A DNA stretch of 64,000 nucleotides from Octopus sinensis (lineage: Eukaryota). Position numbers and translations under genes: made by a program. Positions 1 to 14,105 of this stretch are shown piece by piece (the first letter of the stretch is position 1; the number at the start of each line of letters is the position of its first letter). The stretch is taken from NCBI RefSeq assembly GCF_006345805.1, contig NC_042999.1, positions 161,386,001 through 161,450,000 of the forward strand, read 5' to 3'. Below the pieces are notes generated by a model, which was given only the letters and a program-made list of their open reading frames with translations, made no database searches and was not told the DNA's origin.

Positions 1-135
1 GGAACGCTTCGCTATTCTTTGATTTGGCAGAGATTCTACTGCTATAACTATTGTTCTCGTTTCATCCGAGAAGAGACAAGCGAAACCTTTCTGGCATCCC
101 ATTGGTTTTGTCTTATACTAATATAAATCATATGC

Positions 136-210
<75 letters not shown>

Positions 211-267
211 GTATGTATGTATGTATATGTATGTATGTATGTATGTATATATATATAATATAATATA

Positions 268-299
<32 letters not shown>

Positions 300-305
300 G
301 GTATG

Positions 306-347
<42 letters not shown>

Positions 348-967
348 ATGTATGTATGTATGTATGTATGTATGTATGTATGTATATATATATATGTATT
401 ATGCATGTATGTATGTATGTATGTATGTATGTATGTATGTATGTATGTGTGTGTGTGTATTATGTATAAATGAGTGTATGCATGTGTATATGCAAGTGTG
501 CCAATAGTTAAGCATGAATATAAGTGCATATGTGTTTAAACGCACACACACACACACACACTTATAAATATATATATATACACATAGATACCTTCATACA
601 TTCATACATACGCATACAAGCACTCACACACAAACCCTGATATACACAAACTCTTTTCCCTATAGGTGTATATAGAGACGTGGCTGTAAGTAAAGAGTAA
701 ACTCACGTTGTTGTTTCAATTAACTGCTAAACCATTTCAGTAGTTATTAACCTTACATCTCATAAGTTATTAACCCAGCAACATCATATGTTTATTATGT
801 TATAAACTTGTACTGTATCATATATCTAGATATAGTGAAGTCGCACAGCAATCGTATGTAGTCATATATAGGAGCTAAGAAGAAACTCAGAAATCATTTG
901 AATATGGATACATTTGTTCGGCTTCGCAGGCGTCTTGCGAGAGATTCCTTTCTCTTGTACTTTTCCA

Positions 968-1190
968 TCATAAGTACAAGGCCTAAAATTTGGTGGAAGG
1001 GATGCTAGTCGGTTACATCGACCCCAGTACGTGACTAGTACTTTACTTATTTTATCGACCCCGAAATGATGAAAGTCAAAGTTGACTTCGACGGAATTTG
1101 AACTCGGAACGTAAAGACGGACGAAATGCTGGCGAGTATTTTGTCTGGTGTGTTAACGATTCTGTTAACTAACCAGACTCGCCGCCTTCG
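968..1190 (-). mobile_element. tRNA-derived SINE, family B (diverged copy)
   Basis: Reverse complement matches the 11159-11391 copy (ggcggcgag head, gttccgagttcaaattcc B-box, ggggtcgat body). Confidence 0.75.
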
Positions 1191-3903
1191 TCTTTCGAGA
1201 GATTGACATCTGCACTTTATGGGATTTCCATCGGGAGGCAGGCCTGGGGGTAACGCTTCTCTGTCTATTGAAATCATTCAAATTGTTTTACAATTGACAA
1301 AATTCAGAAATCAAACCGGCATCACAAACTTAACTTGCCAATAACTTATCACTGTTCCATTACAAATACACTTTCGATTTTAAAAAGACAAAAAAGAAAA
1401 GAGTCTGTATTTGTATATATGGGTCAATGTATGTTTGTATTTGTGTGTATCGATATGAAACAGACCATGTGATGTAACCTCCAATGTCACACTATAACTG
1501 GTACCTAAACAGTATATGAATTGGAAGAAGCTTGATTTTTAAAGATACCATTTTTAAAGAAAATATGACGCCCATGAAATATTCTTAGTGTCAGTCTACT
1601 GTCCAAGACATGTAAATTACTGTTTCAATTCTCGAGTGAGGATGATAGATTTAATCTATTCCCCAGTCACCTTCTGGTCTGTGAGTGTTGCAAGCATTCG
1701 AACCACAACTCAGTTCTAAGGATTGCTTGATACTTTGATGCAATGCTGCCTGCTGTTACAATCACCGAGTCATGGTGTTTTCATTTCTTTCTCTTTAGCC
1801 ACAGACATTCTAGAAAAAGCTATGGAAGCGGCCATTGCTCAGTTTAAGCGATAAAAACGTGTGCCTGTGGACCCAGCTACCAAAATATACCTTAACGAGA
1901 GTTAAATTCATTCTGTTAGAGAAAGATACCGTGTTATGTTATTTATTAAATATGAAACTACTTAATGTTTGTGGATTCAATGGATCTCGTCGTATAACTA
2001 TATCGACTACATAATGGACAGTTGTTTGTCTTGACCATAACAGATGGCGCCACAGCTGAGACGAGCCGCAGGTCATTCGGGTTTTTGTTCGACTTTGGTT
2101 TACACGGGAGAAATAACAAATTATTCTTATTTTCCAACTTAGAATATACACAAGACTACACAGTGCGAATTATTCAGTTGGTCATTCTATCACGTCAACC
2201 ACTGCTCTATTGAGAGCTTACTGTTTCACCATCGTTTCATCATCCTGCTAAACTCACTTCAAAGCATTTAATGAGCAAAACTATTATTAACTTGCGTTTC
2301 TCAACGGTTCGTGCTTATAAATATGGGATACACATTATTAAAACCATAACTTATGACATAGAATGTTTAATAGAAAAAGGAACACATAATTCATTCCTAA
2401 TTTTGATACCCGACTTCAGTTTTTTTAAATGTTTCCTTCAGTATATTCATTTTGCTTTATGCATTTTAAAACCACTTTGAATGTTTGGTAAGGAAAATAT
2501 GTATGTACATACATTTAAGTATACATGAATGTATACTGTGTATGTATGTATGTATGTATGTATGTATGTATGTATGTATGTATGTATGTATGTATGTATG
2601 TATGTATGTATGTATGACTGTGTACGTGTGAGTGCATGTATATATGTACGTATATTTATTCACTTTCTTACGCGTTAAATATATGAAGAAACGTTACTTC
2701 ACCGTCCATGTTGGACTGGATGTCAATTCATTCCACGCAAGTTACACGCGAAAATTGTTGAATTCACATTAAACCAACAAAATTCTCACTAACTGTTACA
2801 GTATTGAAGTCGCTATTTTTGCTACTCGTTTATTCTTAGATCGACCTACGAGAAAACCTATGATCAAAGGTCTTCCAGTTGTAATTATTCCATCTTCTTG
2901 TAGTTCAGACGGCATCATCTGTCCACTATTCTATGAATTTAATCACCCATAGCATCAACTGCAAGTAGGTAGGTAACATAAGAAGGCTCTATCTCTCTTC
3001 CACTCAGACTTGACTAATATTCGAGCCTTCTTAGCCAGTGAAATTTTCATGGATTTTAATAAATTCATGAAATTGCTATCAAAATGTTAATATCAGTACA
3101 GTGCTGGATTAATTTTCGAACCTCTATCCTCTCAATCCGATATCCTATCGATCGGGTTAGCCGGAATATCTTAAAATTTAAGAGATACTATAAATAATAG
3201 TACATACCTCATACTGCACTTCGTCAATTTGCTGTCATAGGGTGGACATATGGCACACCCTTCAAAACTGCTGGGTAATATATGCACTAGTGCATGACAA
3301 ATAGTTATTGCATGTACAGCGGAGCGAGTGAGAAAACGAACTGGTTTTTATGTGCACGTGCGTATGTAAGTAAAACGATCAATATTTATACATGTACGCG
3401 CAGCATTTTCAGAGTTTGTGTGCAAGGAGTGAAGTACGCAATGGTCGCGGATGTTTGCAGAGGAGTCATTGATCTCGCACCGAGCATGCTAACTAAAAGT
3501 GCTGCATACGCAAATGCACATATCATTCATATGCATATGGACAAAAGAGCCGCAGCAGTCCGTACGTAGAACAATGCACGGAAAGGATGTTTGATGCCAG
3601 TTAGTCGCGTTCGTTGAGCAACTGCAGAATGTCATGGATGTTACTGTTTACTTGAATACCATAATAAAAACACACGGGTGTGCGCTTGTGTGCGTGTGAG
3701 TTGGTAGTGTGTGTGGGCGAATGTGCACACACACACACATACATACATGCGTACATACATACACACATACATACATACATACATGCGTACATACATACAT
3801 ATATACATACATGCATACATACATGCATACATACAAACATACATGCATACATACACACATACATGCGAACATACATTCATACATACATGCATGCGTACAT
3901 ACA

Positions 3904-3939
<36 letters not shown>

Positions 3940-3945
3940 TGTATG

Positions 3946-4008
<63 letters not shown>

Positions 4009-4049
4009 ATATATATATATATTATATATATATATATATAGATAGATAG

Positions 4050-4108
<59 letters not shown>

Positions 4109-4119
4109 AAGATAGATAC

Positions 4120-4153
<34 letters not shown>

Positions 4154-4311
4154 CAAGTGCGCGCGGTCAAACACACATGGCTATTCTCTGAGATGTTTAC
4201 AGCAATGTTCACATCTGTGATATTTTGCAATTGTTTAATATGTATATAATATGTGCGGGTGTATAAGTGTGGGTATACATATGTATGTACGATTATATGT
4301 ATGTACATTTG

Positions 4312-4380
<69 letters not shown>

Positions 4381-4525
4381 GTATATATATAAACATATAT
4401 GTGTGTGTGTGTTTATATGTATATGTGTGTGTATTTCTATATGTACATGTATATACATATATGTATATTTATTATACATATATATATATATACATGTACA
4501 TATATATACATACATATATATATAT

Positions 4526-4556
<31 letters not shown>

Positions 4557-4562
4557 ACACAT

Positions 4563-4830
4563 ATACTTTTGTGTCCAGGGAGAGTCATTCACTTTTAGTG
4601 CGTTATAATTTAACACACTCACCGGTTAGTTTCGACTCACTTACTTATTTATTTTTCTAAAATTTTCGTTGCGTCATGCAACCTTTTCAATAACGGACAG
4701 CTATTGAAAAGTTGCAAGATGCAACGAAAATTTTAGAAAAAAAAAATGAATGAGTGGAAACTTAACCGGTGAGTGTGTTAAATTATAACGCACTAAAAGT
4801 GAATGACTCTCCCATGACACAAAAGAATAT
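4563..4830. mobile_element. Fold-back MITE-like element, almost entirely inverted repeat
   Basis: Arms tacttttgtgtccagggagagtcattcacttttagtgcgttataatttaacacactcaccggtt... and ...aaccggtgagtgtgttaaattataacgcactaaaagtgaatgactctcccatgacacaaaag around a ~10 nt loop (aacggacagc). The arms differ by substitutions, consistent with real divergence. Confidence 0.75.
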
Positions 4831-5039
4831 GCTTCAACACACTAACTTGCATAAAGAATCTTGGAAACCAAATCCGAAAGCGTAAGATATATATATATAT
4901 ATATATATTATACATATACATATATATATATATACATACATATATATAATATATATTATATATATATATATAATATATATATATATATTATATATATATA
5001 TATATATAATAATATATATATATATATCACTGTGATCAC

Positions 5040-6460
5040 CATGACCAACCAGGCTATCAAATGTTGCTTGGAGCGGTTCAACTTCTCCAGGCGCCACCGT
5101 CGTCTCAACATCTCCCCAGCCGAACTCTCGGCTCTTCGTTCCCTCCGACGGCGCACTGACATCGTTATTAAAGCGACCGACAAGGTTGGAGCTGTGGTGG
5201 TATGGCGCGCTGACCTCTACAAGGCCGAAGCTCTCCGCCAACTCCTTGACACCTCCTTCTACTACCCTCTGTCCTCTGACCCCACACCCAGCTACCAACA
5301 GACGGTCTCCTCTACCATCCACGACCTCATCTCGTCCTCCCGTCTCTCCACACCACATCCAACCTCATTGTCCGAACCCCCCGCACCCCCACCATTTACT
5401 TCCTCCCCCAAATCCACAAACCCAACAACCCTGGCTGCCCCATCGTCTCCGCCTGTAACTGCCCCACCGAGATTATCTCCAAATATCTCGACCGTGTCCT
5501 TGCCCCCCTAGTGGCTTCTCTTCCTTCTCACATCCATGACACCAACCATGCTCATCGTCTTTTCAACTCTTTCTCTTTCCCTCCTGGCTCCTCCAAACTT
5601 CTCTTTACAATGCACATCCAGAGCCTCTACACTGTGATCCCTCACCACGAGGGGCTACGTGCACTTAAACACTTCCTGGACCTCCGACTCAATCCCCAAC
5701 CCGACACCTCCACACTCGTTCGTCTGGCCGAACTTGTCCTCTCACTCAACTGCTTCTCGTTCGCGGGCGAGTTCTACCAGCAGTTCTCGGGTGTGGCTAT
5801 GGGAACGAGAATGGGCCCTAACTATGCGAACCTGTTCGTTGGCTATGTTGAGGCCCAAATATTCTCTAGTTTCACTGGTCCCACTCCCGAACTATATGGC
5901 CGTTATATTGACGACTGCATCGGTACCACCTTATTTTCACGCGAACATCTAGACTCCTTCCTCTCTTTCGGCAAATTTTTCCATCCTGCCCACAACTTCT
6001 CCTGCACTATCTCTGACACCTCTGTCTCCTTTCGGTCAGCATGCATCACTCCACTCTTACCACCTCCATCCACTACAAACACACAGACTCACACTCATAC
6101 CTAAACTTCTCCTTCTCCCACCCCAAACACACCAAGCTTTCCATCCCCTATTCCCAATTCCTTCGTCTACGCAGGCTCTGTAGTGATGGCCATGACTTTG
6201 AGACTCAGTCTCAACTCATGGCTCGCCACTTCATCCTACGTAGATTTCCCCTCACCACTATCCACATAGCCCTTGCCAGAGCACGTTCCGTGGACCGTGC
6301 ATCTGCTCTCTCCCCTCGAACCCGTCCTGCAGTCTCCCGCCTCTCTTTTCCCCTCACCTACCACCCCACCACCCTACCTCTCCAACGCACCATTCTCCGA
6401 GCTTTCCGGCATCTCCAGTCCGACCCGTCCACTTCACCCATCTTCCCTAAATTGGTGTGA
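5040..6460 (+). mobile_element. Penelope-like element reverse transcriptase, truncated and frameshifted
   Basis: Successive frames give ELSALRSLRRRTDIVIKATDKVGAVVVW, LFTMHIQSLYTVIPH, YQQFSGVAMGTRMGPNYANLFVG, YGRYIDDCI (catalytic YxDD at ~5904-5915) and TSIHYKHTDSHSYLNFSFSHPKHTKLSIPYSQFLRLRRLCS, all PLE RT/thumb motifs. It starts right after a (TA)n array. Confidence 0.92.
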
Positions 6461-7644
6461 GTGCGACTTACATATAACTGAAGATGGAATTTACATGAAC
6501 AAATATGTCGTTCTTAGTTTTCCTTATATTTAAAATTATATCAACCACTCTTTAGCTTCTAATTCTTCCCTCGAAGAAAATATGGTGGGTGATGTAGTGG
6601 GTTGATAGACGATGTATCCTGCCTTTCAAATTTTAATATGTGTTCACAACGAGAAGAGTAAATAGGATAAACTTTGATTTGTGCAGTAAAGATCAAATAG
6701 GTAATGATGTTTCGTCGTCTCAGAAATAACGATAGATAAATAGTGAGATGGTTTTAGGAGTGAAGGCTAGGTTGCCCCACTAAAAAATGAAAATTTGCTC
6801 TCACTAGAAGCAAAGGTTTTGAAATCTATGCCCACGTATCTCTGGACATCCAGCATTCTTGGGCTTTTGATACTCAGAAATTCCTCCCCTGTCCTCAATA
6901 ATCATTATTTCTATTAAGTTTGATCAACTAAACCCCCTTCCCTTGATGTGCACATTACCAAATTACAGGCAAAGGGTATCCTAATCTTCCTTTTTATCAT
7001 AACTCTCTCACTCAAAAGGTGTTTTGCTTAAATTCAAATTCCAACTTCAGCTGCCAAATTCTTAAGCTTTTACTTCTTGAACATGGCTACATGCACAAAC
7101 ACACATGTATGCCTCTCTCCAGCCGGTCGCTTATGTCACCAAAATAGGCGTACTTGTCGCGACAGAAAGCTGTGAGGTAAAATATATACATACCTTTCTT
7201 ATAGTGCTTCGGAGATTCATTCTTTCAGTTTAATTCTTCACATTAGACTTATATTGTTGCTCCGAGTAATTTATAATTCTTTTCAATTATTGGTAGGGCT
7301 CTTTCATTGAGTCACTCTTTGGTTGAGTTCAAATAGAAACTTTGAATTATTCACTACGTCGGTAAACAGAATTACCCAGCTGGATATAAACTTTGCTTTT
7401 CTGATACAGCTACCCATCGGGTCATTCTAGCATATAACTCTAGACTAGAGTGACTGACCTCCTGCTCTATTTATTGTGATGTATTTGTGCCTATATTATT
7501 CTTTGATCTGGCCTATAACTTAGAATACTCAATAATTAGCAGTGTTAGTTTTATTATGTGAATTATCCTGCCTGGATATCGTTTGAGAAGGATAATGTTG
7601 GCATTCTGAATCTTCGCAGTCATTCACTGTTTCAATGTAATTAC

Positions 7645-8055
7645 TATTCTTTTACTTGTTTCAGTCATTTTGACTGTGGCCATGCTGGAGCACCGCCTTT
7701 AGTCGAGCAAATCGACCCCGGGACTTATTCTTTGTAAGCTCAGTGCTTATTCTATCGGTCTCTTTTGCCGAACCGCTAAGTGACGGGGACGTAAACACAC
7801 CAGCATCGGTTGTCAAGAAATGCTAGGGGGACAAACACAGACACACAAACACAAACATACACACACACACATATACATATATATATATACATATATACGA
7901 CAGGCTTCTTTCAGTTTCCGTCTACCAAATCCACTCACAAGGCATTGGTCGGCCCGGGGCTATAGCAGAAGACACTTGCCCAAGATGCCACGCAGTGGGA
8001 CTGAACCCGGAACCATGTGGTTGGTTAGCAAGCTACTTACCACACAGCCACTCCT
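7645..8055 (-). mobile_element. tRNA-derived SINE, family A, full length
   Basis: Minus strand: aggagtggctgtgtggtaag (A box), ggttcagtccc (B box), internal (TA)n(TG)n, 3' end gactgaaacaagtaaaag. Near-identical copies at 9.2, 17.9, 34.3 and 53.7 kb. Confidence 0.92.
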
Positions 8056-9159
8056 GCGCATTTTTTTATATGCATTTTTTTTTTTGTAATCCAGATACAA
8101 ATAAGCGTAATAAGTTAAAACAACACACATTACGCATAAATTGTATTACATTAATCAAATGTACATGAATTATCAAATAGATGAACACATTATCAAAATA
8201 GCTCGAAGTCATAAATTAACACAATAATATACCACAAAAATACTAAAATTAAAACCCCTCTTGTCAATAACGGACAACAAGTATATAAACCGCGAACAAA
8301 TTGATAATGACATATTAGATTGCAAACGAAAGTTACAAACCTTACGACTCCAACTGTTATATTGGCTCTCTTGCCACCTCAGACGTAATTACAATGCACT
8401 ACATCACGTAATACAAAACAAAACCACACATGAAAATACATCTATATTTTGTGGAATAATACCCAGGAATTTAGACATAAGCTTTATTCTATCAACATTC
8501 TCAGGACAGGTAAAGATTGTCAGTATCTTTATAAAGGAATTTCTCAGAAATATAGGGAATTCGTGTGATCGTGTTTATTTTAGATATTAATAAAGTCGGG
8601 CAAAGGCGGCTACTAATTCTACTAGTATACAGTCATACATATGTATGTACATACAAACAGACAGACATAAATACACACACATACACACTACGTACATACA
8701 TAATACATACATACATACATACATGCATGCATACATACATACATAACTACATACATACACACATACATACATACATACATACATACATACATGCATCCGC
8801 ATACATCTCACATGCTACATACATACATACATACATACATCCTCATACTACATACATCCATACAAACATACATACATACATGCATACATACATATATACA
8901 TACATACATACATAATTACATACATACATACATACATACATACAGAAAATATAATGTCAGGAGGTATGAAAGGTGAATATATATTTATTTAACCACGTGA
9001 GTTGAATTGTTGATGTAACCATGGTGTTCCGGTGATCCGATAATCTAACTTTTTCTGCATTCATTTGTGAGTATATAATTGTATTGTATAATGCTGAGCA
9101 TATTTATCAATGCAAAAATGTACGCACATTTTTTCCATACTGAAGTTAATACTATACTC

Positions 9160-9568
9160 TTACTCTTTTACTCTCTCTTTTACTTGTTTCAGTCATTTGA
9201 CTGCGGCCATGCTGGAGCACCGCCTTTAGTCGAGCAAATCGACCCCAGGACTTATTCTTTGTAAACCCAGTACTTATTCTATCGGTCTCTTTTGCCGAAC
9301 CGCTAAGTGACGGGGACGTAAACACACCAGCATCGGTTGTCAAGCAATGCTAGGGGGACAAACACAGACATACAAACACATATACACATATATATATATA
9401 TACATATATACGACAGGCTTCTTTCAGTTTCCGTCTACCAAATCCACTCACAAGGCATTGGTCGGTCCGAGGCTATAGTAGAAGACACTTTCCCAAGATG
9501 CCACACAGTGGGACTGAACCCGGAACCATGTGGTTGGTTAGCAAGCTACTTACCACACAGCCACCCCT
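9160..9568 (-). mobile_element. tRNA-derived SINE, family A, full length
   Basis: Colinear with 7645-8055. Confidence 0.92.
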
Positions 9569-10490
9569 GCGCCTATATGAGTAAGGTTGCGAAACGGGCT
9601 AATCCTATGGAAGTAACATGATTAAATAAATATATATTCACTTCTCAAACATCCAGTCTTTGTGGTTTTAAATACTCCTCCTGAAATAATTTCATCGATC
9701 CGACCTTCTGGATTTTCAGTTATATGGACACTCTATATTAAACAACTTTTTAATTGATTTCTATGTGGACTGATAGCCGAGTCCGTAACAGGAGCTTTCT
9801 GTGATTTTCTAAATCCATATCTTATAAAACACATTTGTATGCATACTGATGTGAGTGTATGTGCGTAAGTCTGCGTGCGCGCGCACACACACACACACAC
9901 GTACATACACACACACACACAAACATACACACAAACACACACGTACACGCACGCACACACACGTACACACACATATATATTTACATACATGCGCATATGT
10001 ATATATGTATTTATACATTCATATATATATACACAAAATTATATAAGTGTGTGTTGTGTGTGAATATGTGTGACTGTATGTACGTGTGTAGTCATATATA
10101 AAAATAAATATAACATTTTGTATATCTGTATAATGTCTTAAATATAACAGTACATAGTGAATGTACGTATATACATTCTTAAAACTGATGTAGCCAGAAC
10201 GTATGTTGACTAACAGAGTTGTAGAAAAGGTTGGGACGCCATATAAAATAGCAAAAAAGTAAGATATAGAAGGTAAAGTCACTGTTTATAATCCATTACA
10301 CTATATCCCTATATATCCTGGATGAACGCTCCCCATAACATGCTCAGTCAACTTAATATAATCCCAAAGAATAGTTCAGGATCATCGCTTCTGGCGAAGT
10401 GAAAGAAACTACAGAGAGAGAGAAAACAGGTCATCAATGGCTGACATCACAACGTTGATAACTACAGCACACATTAACATACCCGTGCAT

Positions 10491-10534
<44 letters not shown>

Positions 10535-10731
10535 GCATAAACACAAACTCATGCATACGTGTGCGTGTATGTGTGTATATACATATATACGTGTATATAT
10601 TTATGTGTTTCTGTAACTTGTATGTGTTGTATATATATATTACATATATATATATACATATATATATCTATATAAATATGTATGCATGTATGTATGGTGA
10701 TTGAAAATTCGTGTATATAATAATATATATA

Positions 10732-10772
<41 letters not shown>

Positions 10773-10942
10773 TATATACATATATTACATATATTATATA
10801 TAATATATATATATATACATATATATAAATATGAGTATGTATATATGTATGGTGATTAAAAATTCTTGTACCACTGATTATAAACTGGCTAAGAACGGAG
10901 GTCAGTCGAGGTTAATTGAGCTTCTTAATGTCATGTCTTTTC

Positions 10943-10986
<44 letters not shown>

Positions 10987-11158
10987 CCTCCTTCACACTT
11001 CATAATATACAACACCCAAACCCTCCATCTATTTCCGCACTGCTTTCCTTAATTCACTGCTTTTATTCCCCTATTGAATAGTACAGGTCAGGGATTCCAG
11101 AATCACCAATCTACTGCCCAACTCTTCATGATACGAGCTGTTTCTCGGCGAGCTAGCA

Positions 11159-11391
11159 AGGCGGCGAGCTAGCAGAAACGTTAGCGCGCCGGGCGAAATG
11201 CTTAGCGGTATTTTCGTCTGTCGTTACGTTCTGAGTTCAAATTCCGCCGAGGTCAACTTTGCCTTTCATCCTTTCGGGGTCGATAAATAAAGTACCAGTT
11301 TCGCACTGGGGTCGATATAATCGACTCAATCCCTTCGTCTGTCCTTGTTTGTTCTCTCTATGTTTAGTCCCTTCTGGGCAGTAAAGAAATA
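11159..11391 (+). mobile_element. tRNA-derived SINE, family B
   Basis: ggcggcgagctagcagaa head, gttctgagttcaaattcc B-box, body ctttcggggtcgataaataaagtaccagt. The head is partly duplicated at 11147-11160. Confidence 0.8.
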
Positions 11392-11419
11392 TATATTGTG
11401 CCAGTTTTAAGACAAGGAA

Positions 11420-11600
11420 TATATTGGTTTCAAATTTTGGCACGAGGGCAGCAGTTATAGAGAGGAGTAAGTCGATTACATCGACCCCAGTACTCAACTG
11501 GTATTTATTTTATCGATCCCGCAAATATGAAATGCAAAATCGACCACGACAGAATTTGAACTCAGAATATAAAGATGGACGAAATGCCGCTAAGTATCAA
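11420..11600 (-). mobile_element. tRNA-derived SINE, family B, tail-to-tail with the previous copy
   Basis: gtcgattacatcgaccccagt...agaatttgaactcagaa, as at 968-1190. Confidence 0.7.
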
Positions 11601-11646
11601 GTTGGTTGAAAGGTAATGGCCGATTTGAAGGTCTCCATTAAAAAGC

Positions 11647-11741
11647 TTGTGTTAACAACAAACAAGATGAAGACAAATATCCGTCAAATGTAAATAATGT
11701 AAATAATGTACATAATTCCTCATCTCTTAAATATAGAACTG
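11647..11741 (+). mobile_element. 3' fragment of the HHR-bearing short element (family of 42.0 and 43.1 kb)
   Basis: ttgtgttaacaacaaacaagatgaagacaaatatccgtcaaatgtaaataatgtaaataatgtacataattcctcatctcttaaatatagaactg matches 43168-43228 and the reverse complement of 42015-42110. Confidence 0.85.
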
Positions 11742-11784
11742 TAATTTTTTAAAGTCTGGTAATTTAGCTAAACCGCTAAATTAC

Positions 11785-11847
11785 GAGGACGTAAACAAAA
11801 TAACACAGGTTGTCAAGCGGTGGTGGAGAACAAACACAGATAATAAG

Positions 11848-11880
<33 letters not shown>

Positions 11881-11925
11881 TAAATATATACGACGAGCTT
11901 CCTTCAGTTTCTGTCTACCAAATAC
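11785..11925 (-). mobile_element. SINE family A-like internal fragment
   Basis: gacgtaaacaaaataacacaggttgtcaagcggtggt...tatacgacgagcttccttcagtttctgtctaccaaat. Confidence 0.65.
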
Positions 11926-12050
11926 ATATACATACTTACAAATACATACGCACACACACTTACATACATACATAGATACATACATGCCACATATAAATAT
12001 GTATATATATATATACACACATACATACAAATCTCTCTTCTCTCTCTCTT

Positions 12051-12108
<58 letters not shown>

Positions 12109-12756
12109 CAGATTATCTTTGATAGACAGACAGATAGACAGACAGACAGACAGACCGATAGACCGATAGATAAATAGATAGATAGATAGATAGATAGATA
12201 CATACATACATACATACATAGATACATAGATACATAGGTAGATAGATAGATATACTTGTGCCTTTTGGTTGTAAATTGTGAATAAGCCACCTTAATAATT
12301 CATTATATATATATATATATATGAAATTTTGTAAGTATATATGTAGGTATCTGTGTAAGAATGCAATTATATATATTTATGAATGCGCATAATTATGTAT
12401 GATGTATGTATGTATTTCTGCGTGTATGTAGGTATGCATTGCAAAGGCACGAGCGAAGAATGTTAATTTTTATTGAAATATTCCAATATGTCTTCATATT
12501 CATGAATTATTGGCTTTCATGGACACAGCACATCTCCAACCTTGCGGCTCAACCGTCCTATTCACCGCTAAGATGAAGATGTACAAGAGTCAGTTTTCTT
12601 ATTTCTTTCCCTCACCTTTTACTTTTCTTTCCTTTTCCGATACTTTGGCAAGGCATCGCATTTCTTTCATCACACTTTTTGTTTTTATGTATTCTCTTTT
12701 ATATCTACTATCTATAAATGTGTATTTATAAGTTTGTTTCTGTATGTGTGTGTGTG

Positions 12757-12849
<93 letters not shown>

Positions 12850-13312
12850 TCACATAAACGTTCATAAATGCGTGCATATTATATATATGAGTGTATGTAA
12901 GTATGTATATGCATATATATGTATGCACACGCACACACACACTCACTCGTACGTATGCGGTCACACACGAGTTCACTCCTGATCACAGGTGCATAATATG
13001 GTGCAGAAAATAACGCTCGAAGAATACGAAAGGTGGAATAAAATAAGGGTGATGATTAGTTAGAAAACTCTGAGAAACAGTTTCTGAAATTTTTTTCCCT
13101 TTCAATATATGTATGTATCATAGATACATGTGTGTATAAGATTAATATAAACAGCAGGTAGTATTGTTACAAAATGTAACTAGGGTGTTAAGACACACCT
13201 ACATTGCTTGAAATAAGAGCTAAAATGCTCTAATGCTGTAGTTAACGCACATGAAAGAAAACATATACACTAACAGGGACCGGAATAGTCCGAAGAGTAC
13301 CGATCGAGAATT

Positions 13313-13360
13313 GTTAATACTGACGTCAGTTTCGGTAATTTCCTTTGCCTCATCAGTCCG
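13313..13360 (-). ncRNA. Hammerhead ribozyme-like motif with weak stem I
   Basis: Minus strand: gga CTGATGA ggcaa-aggaaa-ttacc GAAA ctgacgtcagt a ttaac. Stem III is palindromic (ACTGACGTCAGT), cleavage triplet GUA. Confidence 0.45.
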
Positions 13361-13577
13361 CTCGATCTCGTCTCCTTTCGGCCTTGCTTCTGTATTAGTA
13401 TATTTGTTTTCGTCATCCAAATTAAGGGATGATTTAGCGATTCGCTAATGTGTATACATAAAATTAATATAAACAGCAGGCTGCAACGTTTCACCAAAAA
13501 GGAGAAGTATAATTGTCACGAAATGTCACTAAAGCGTTAAGAAACACCTACATTGCTAGAAATAAGAGATAAATTGC

Positions 13578-13655
<78 letters not shown>

Positions 13656-14070
13656 TATTATTAAAGTCTATTTGCCAATGCAAACGTGGTTGTACGTTAG
13701 ACGATGTACTACTTTTTTAACCCCAGGAAAAACATCTTTTCCTACTCACTACCGACACATGATCTGCGTCCGTATGCTGTGAACAAAGGAGAGTACTGCT
13801 CCCCTTCTAGACGTAGCGATACCTGTATACCAATAGTTTGTGTGTAATTTTTTTTCGTCGGTACAGGTCAACCGCGGGCTAGACATAACAGCCACGCGCT
13901 CTTGCTCACAGAATATACTTTTAAAGCGACATACAATCGCTGATATCGTAAAGAGAAAAGCAACTAGATTTTAAATTTCTGTTACTGTATATTTCTCGCT
14001 CAGAGATTTAAATTAGTTATATACATATATATATATATATATATATACATACATACATATATATATATAG

Positions 14071-14101
<31 letters not shown>

Positions 14102-14105
14102 ATAA

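Noticed and set aside
6474-6520. CTGAAGA after the PLE RT as a hammerhead
   Set aside because: No GAAA core and no convincing stems; at most a dead remnant.
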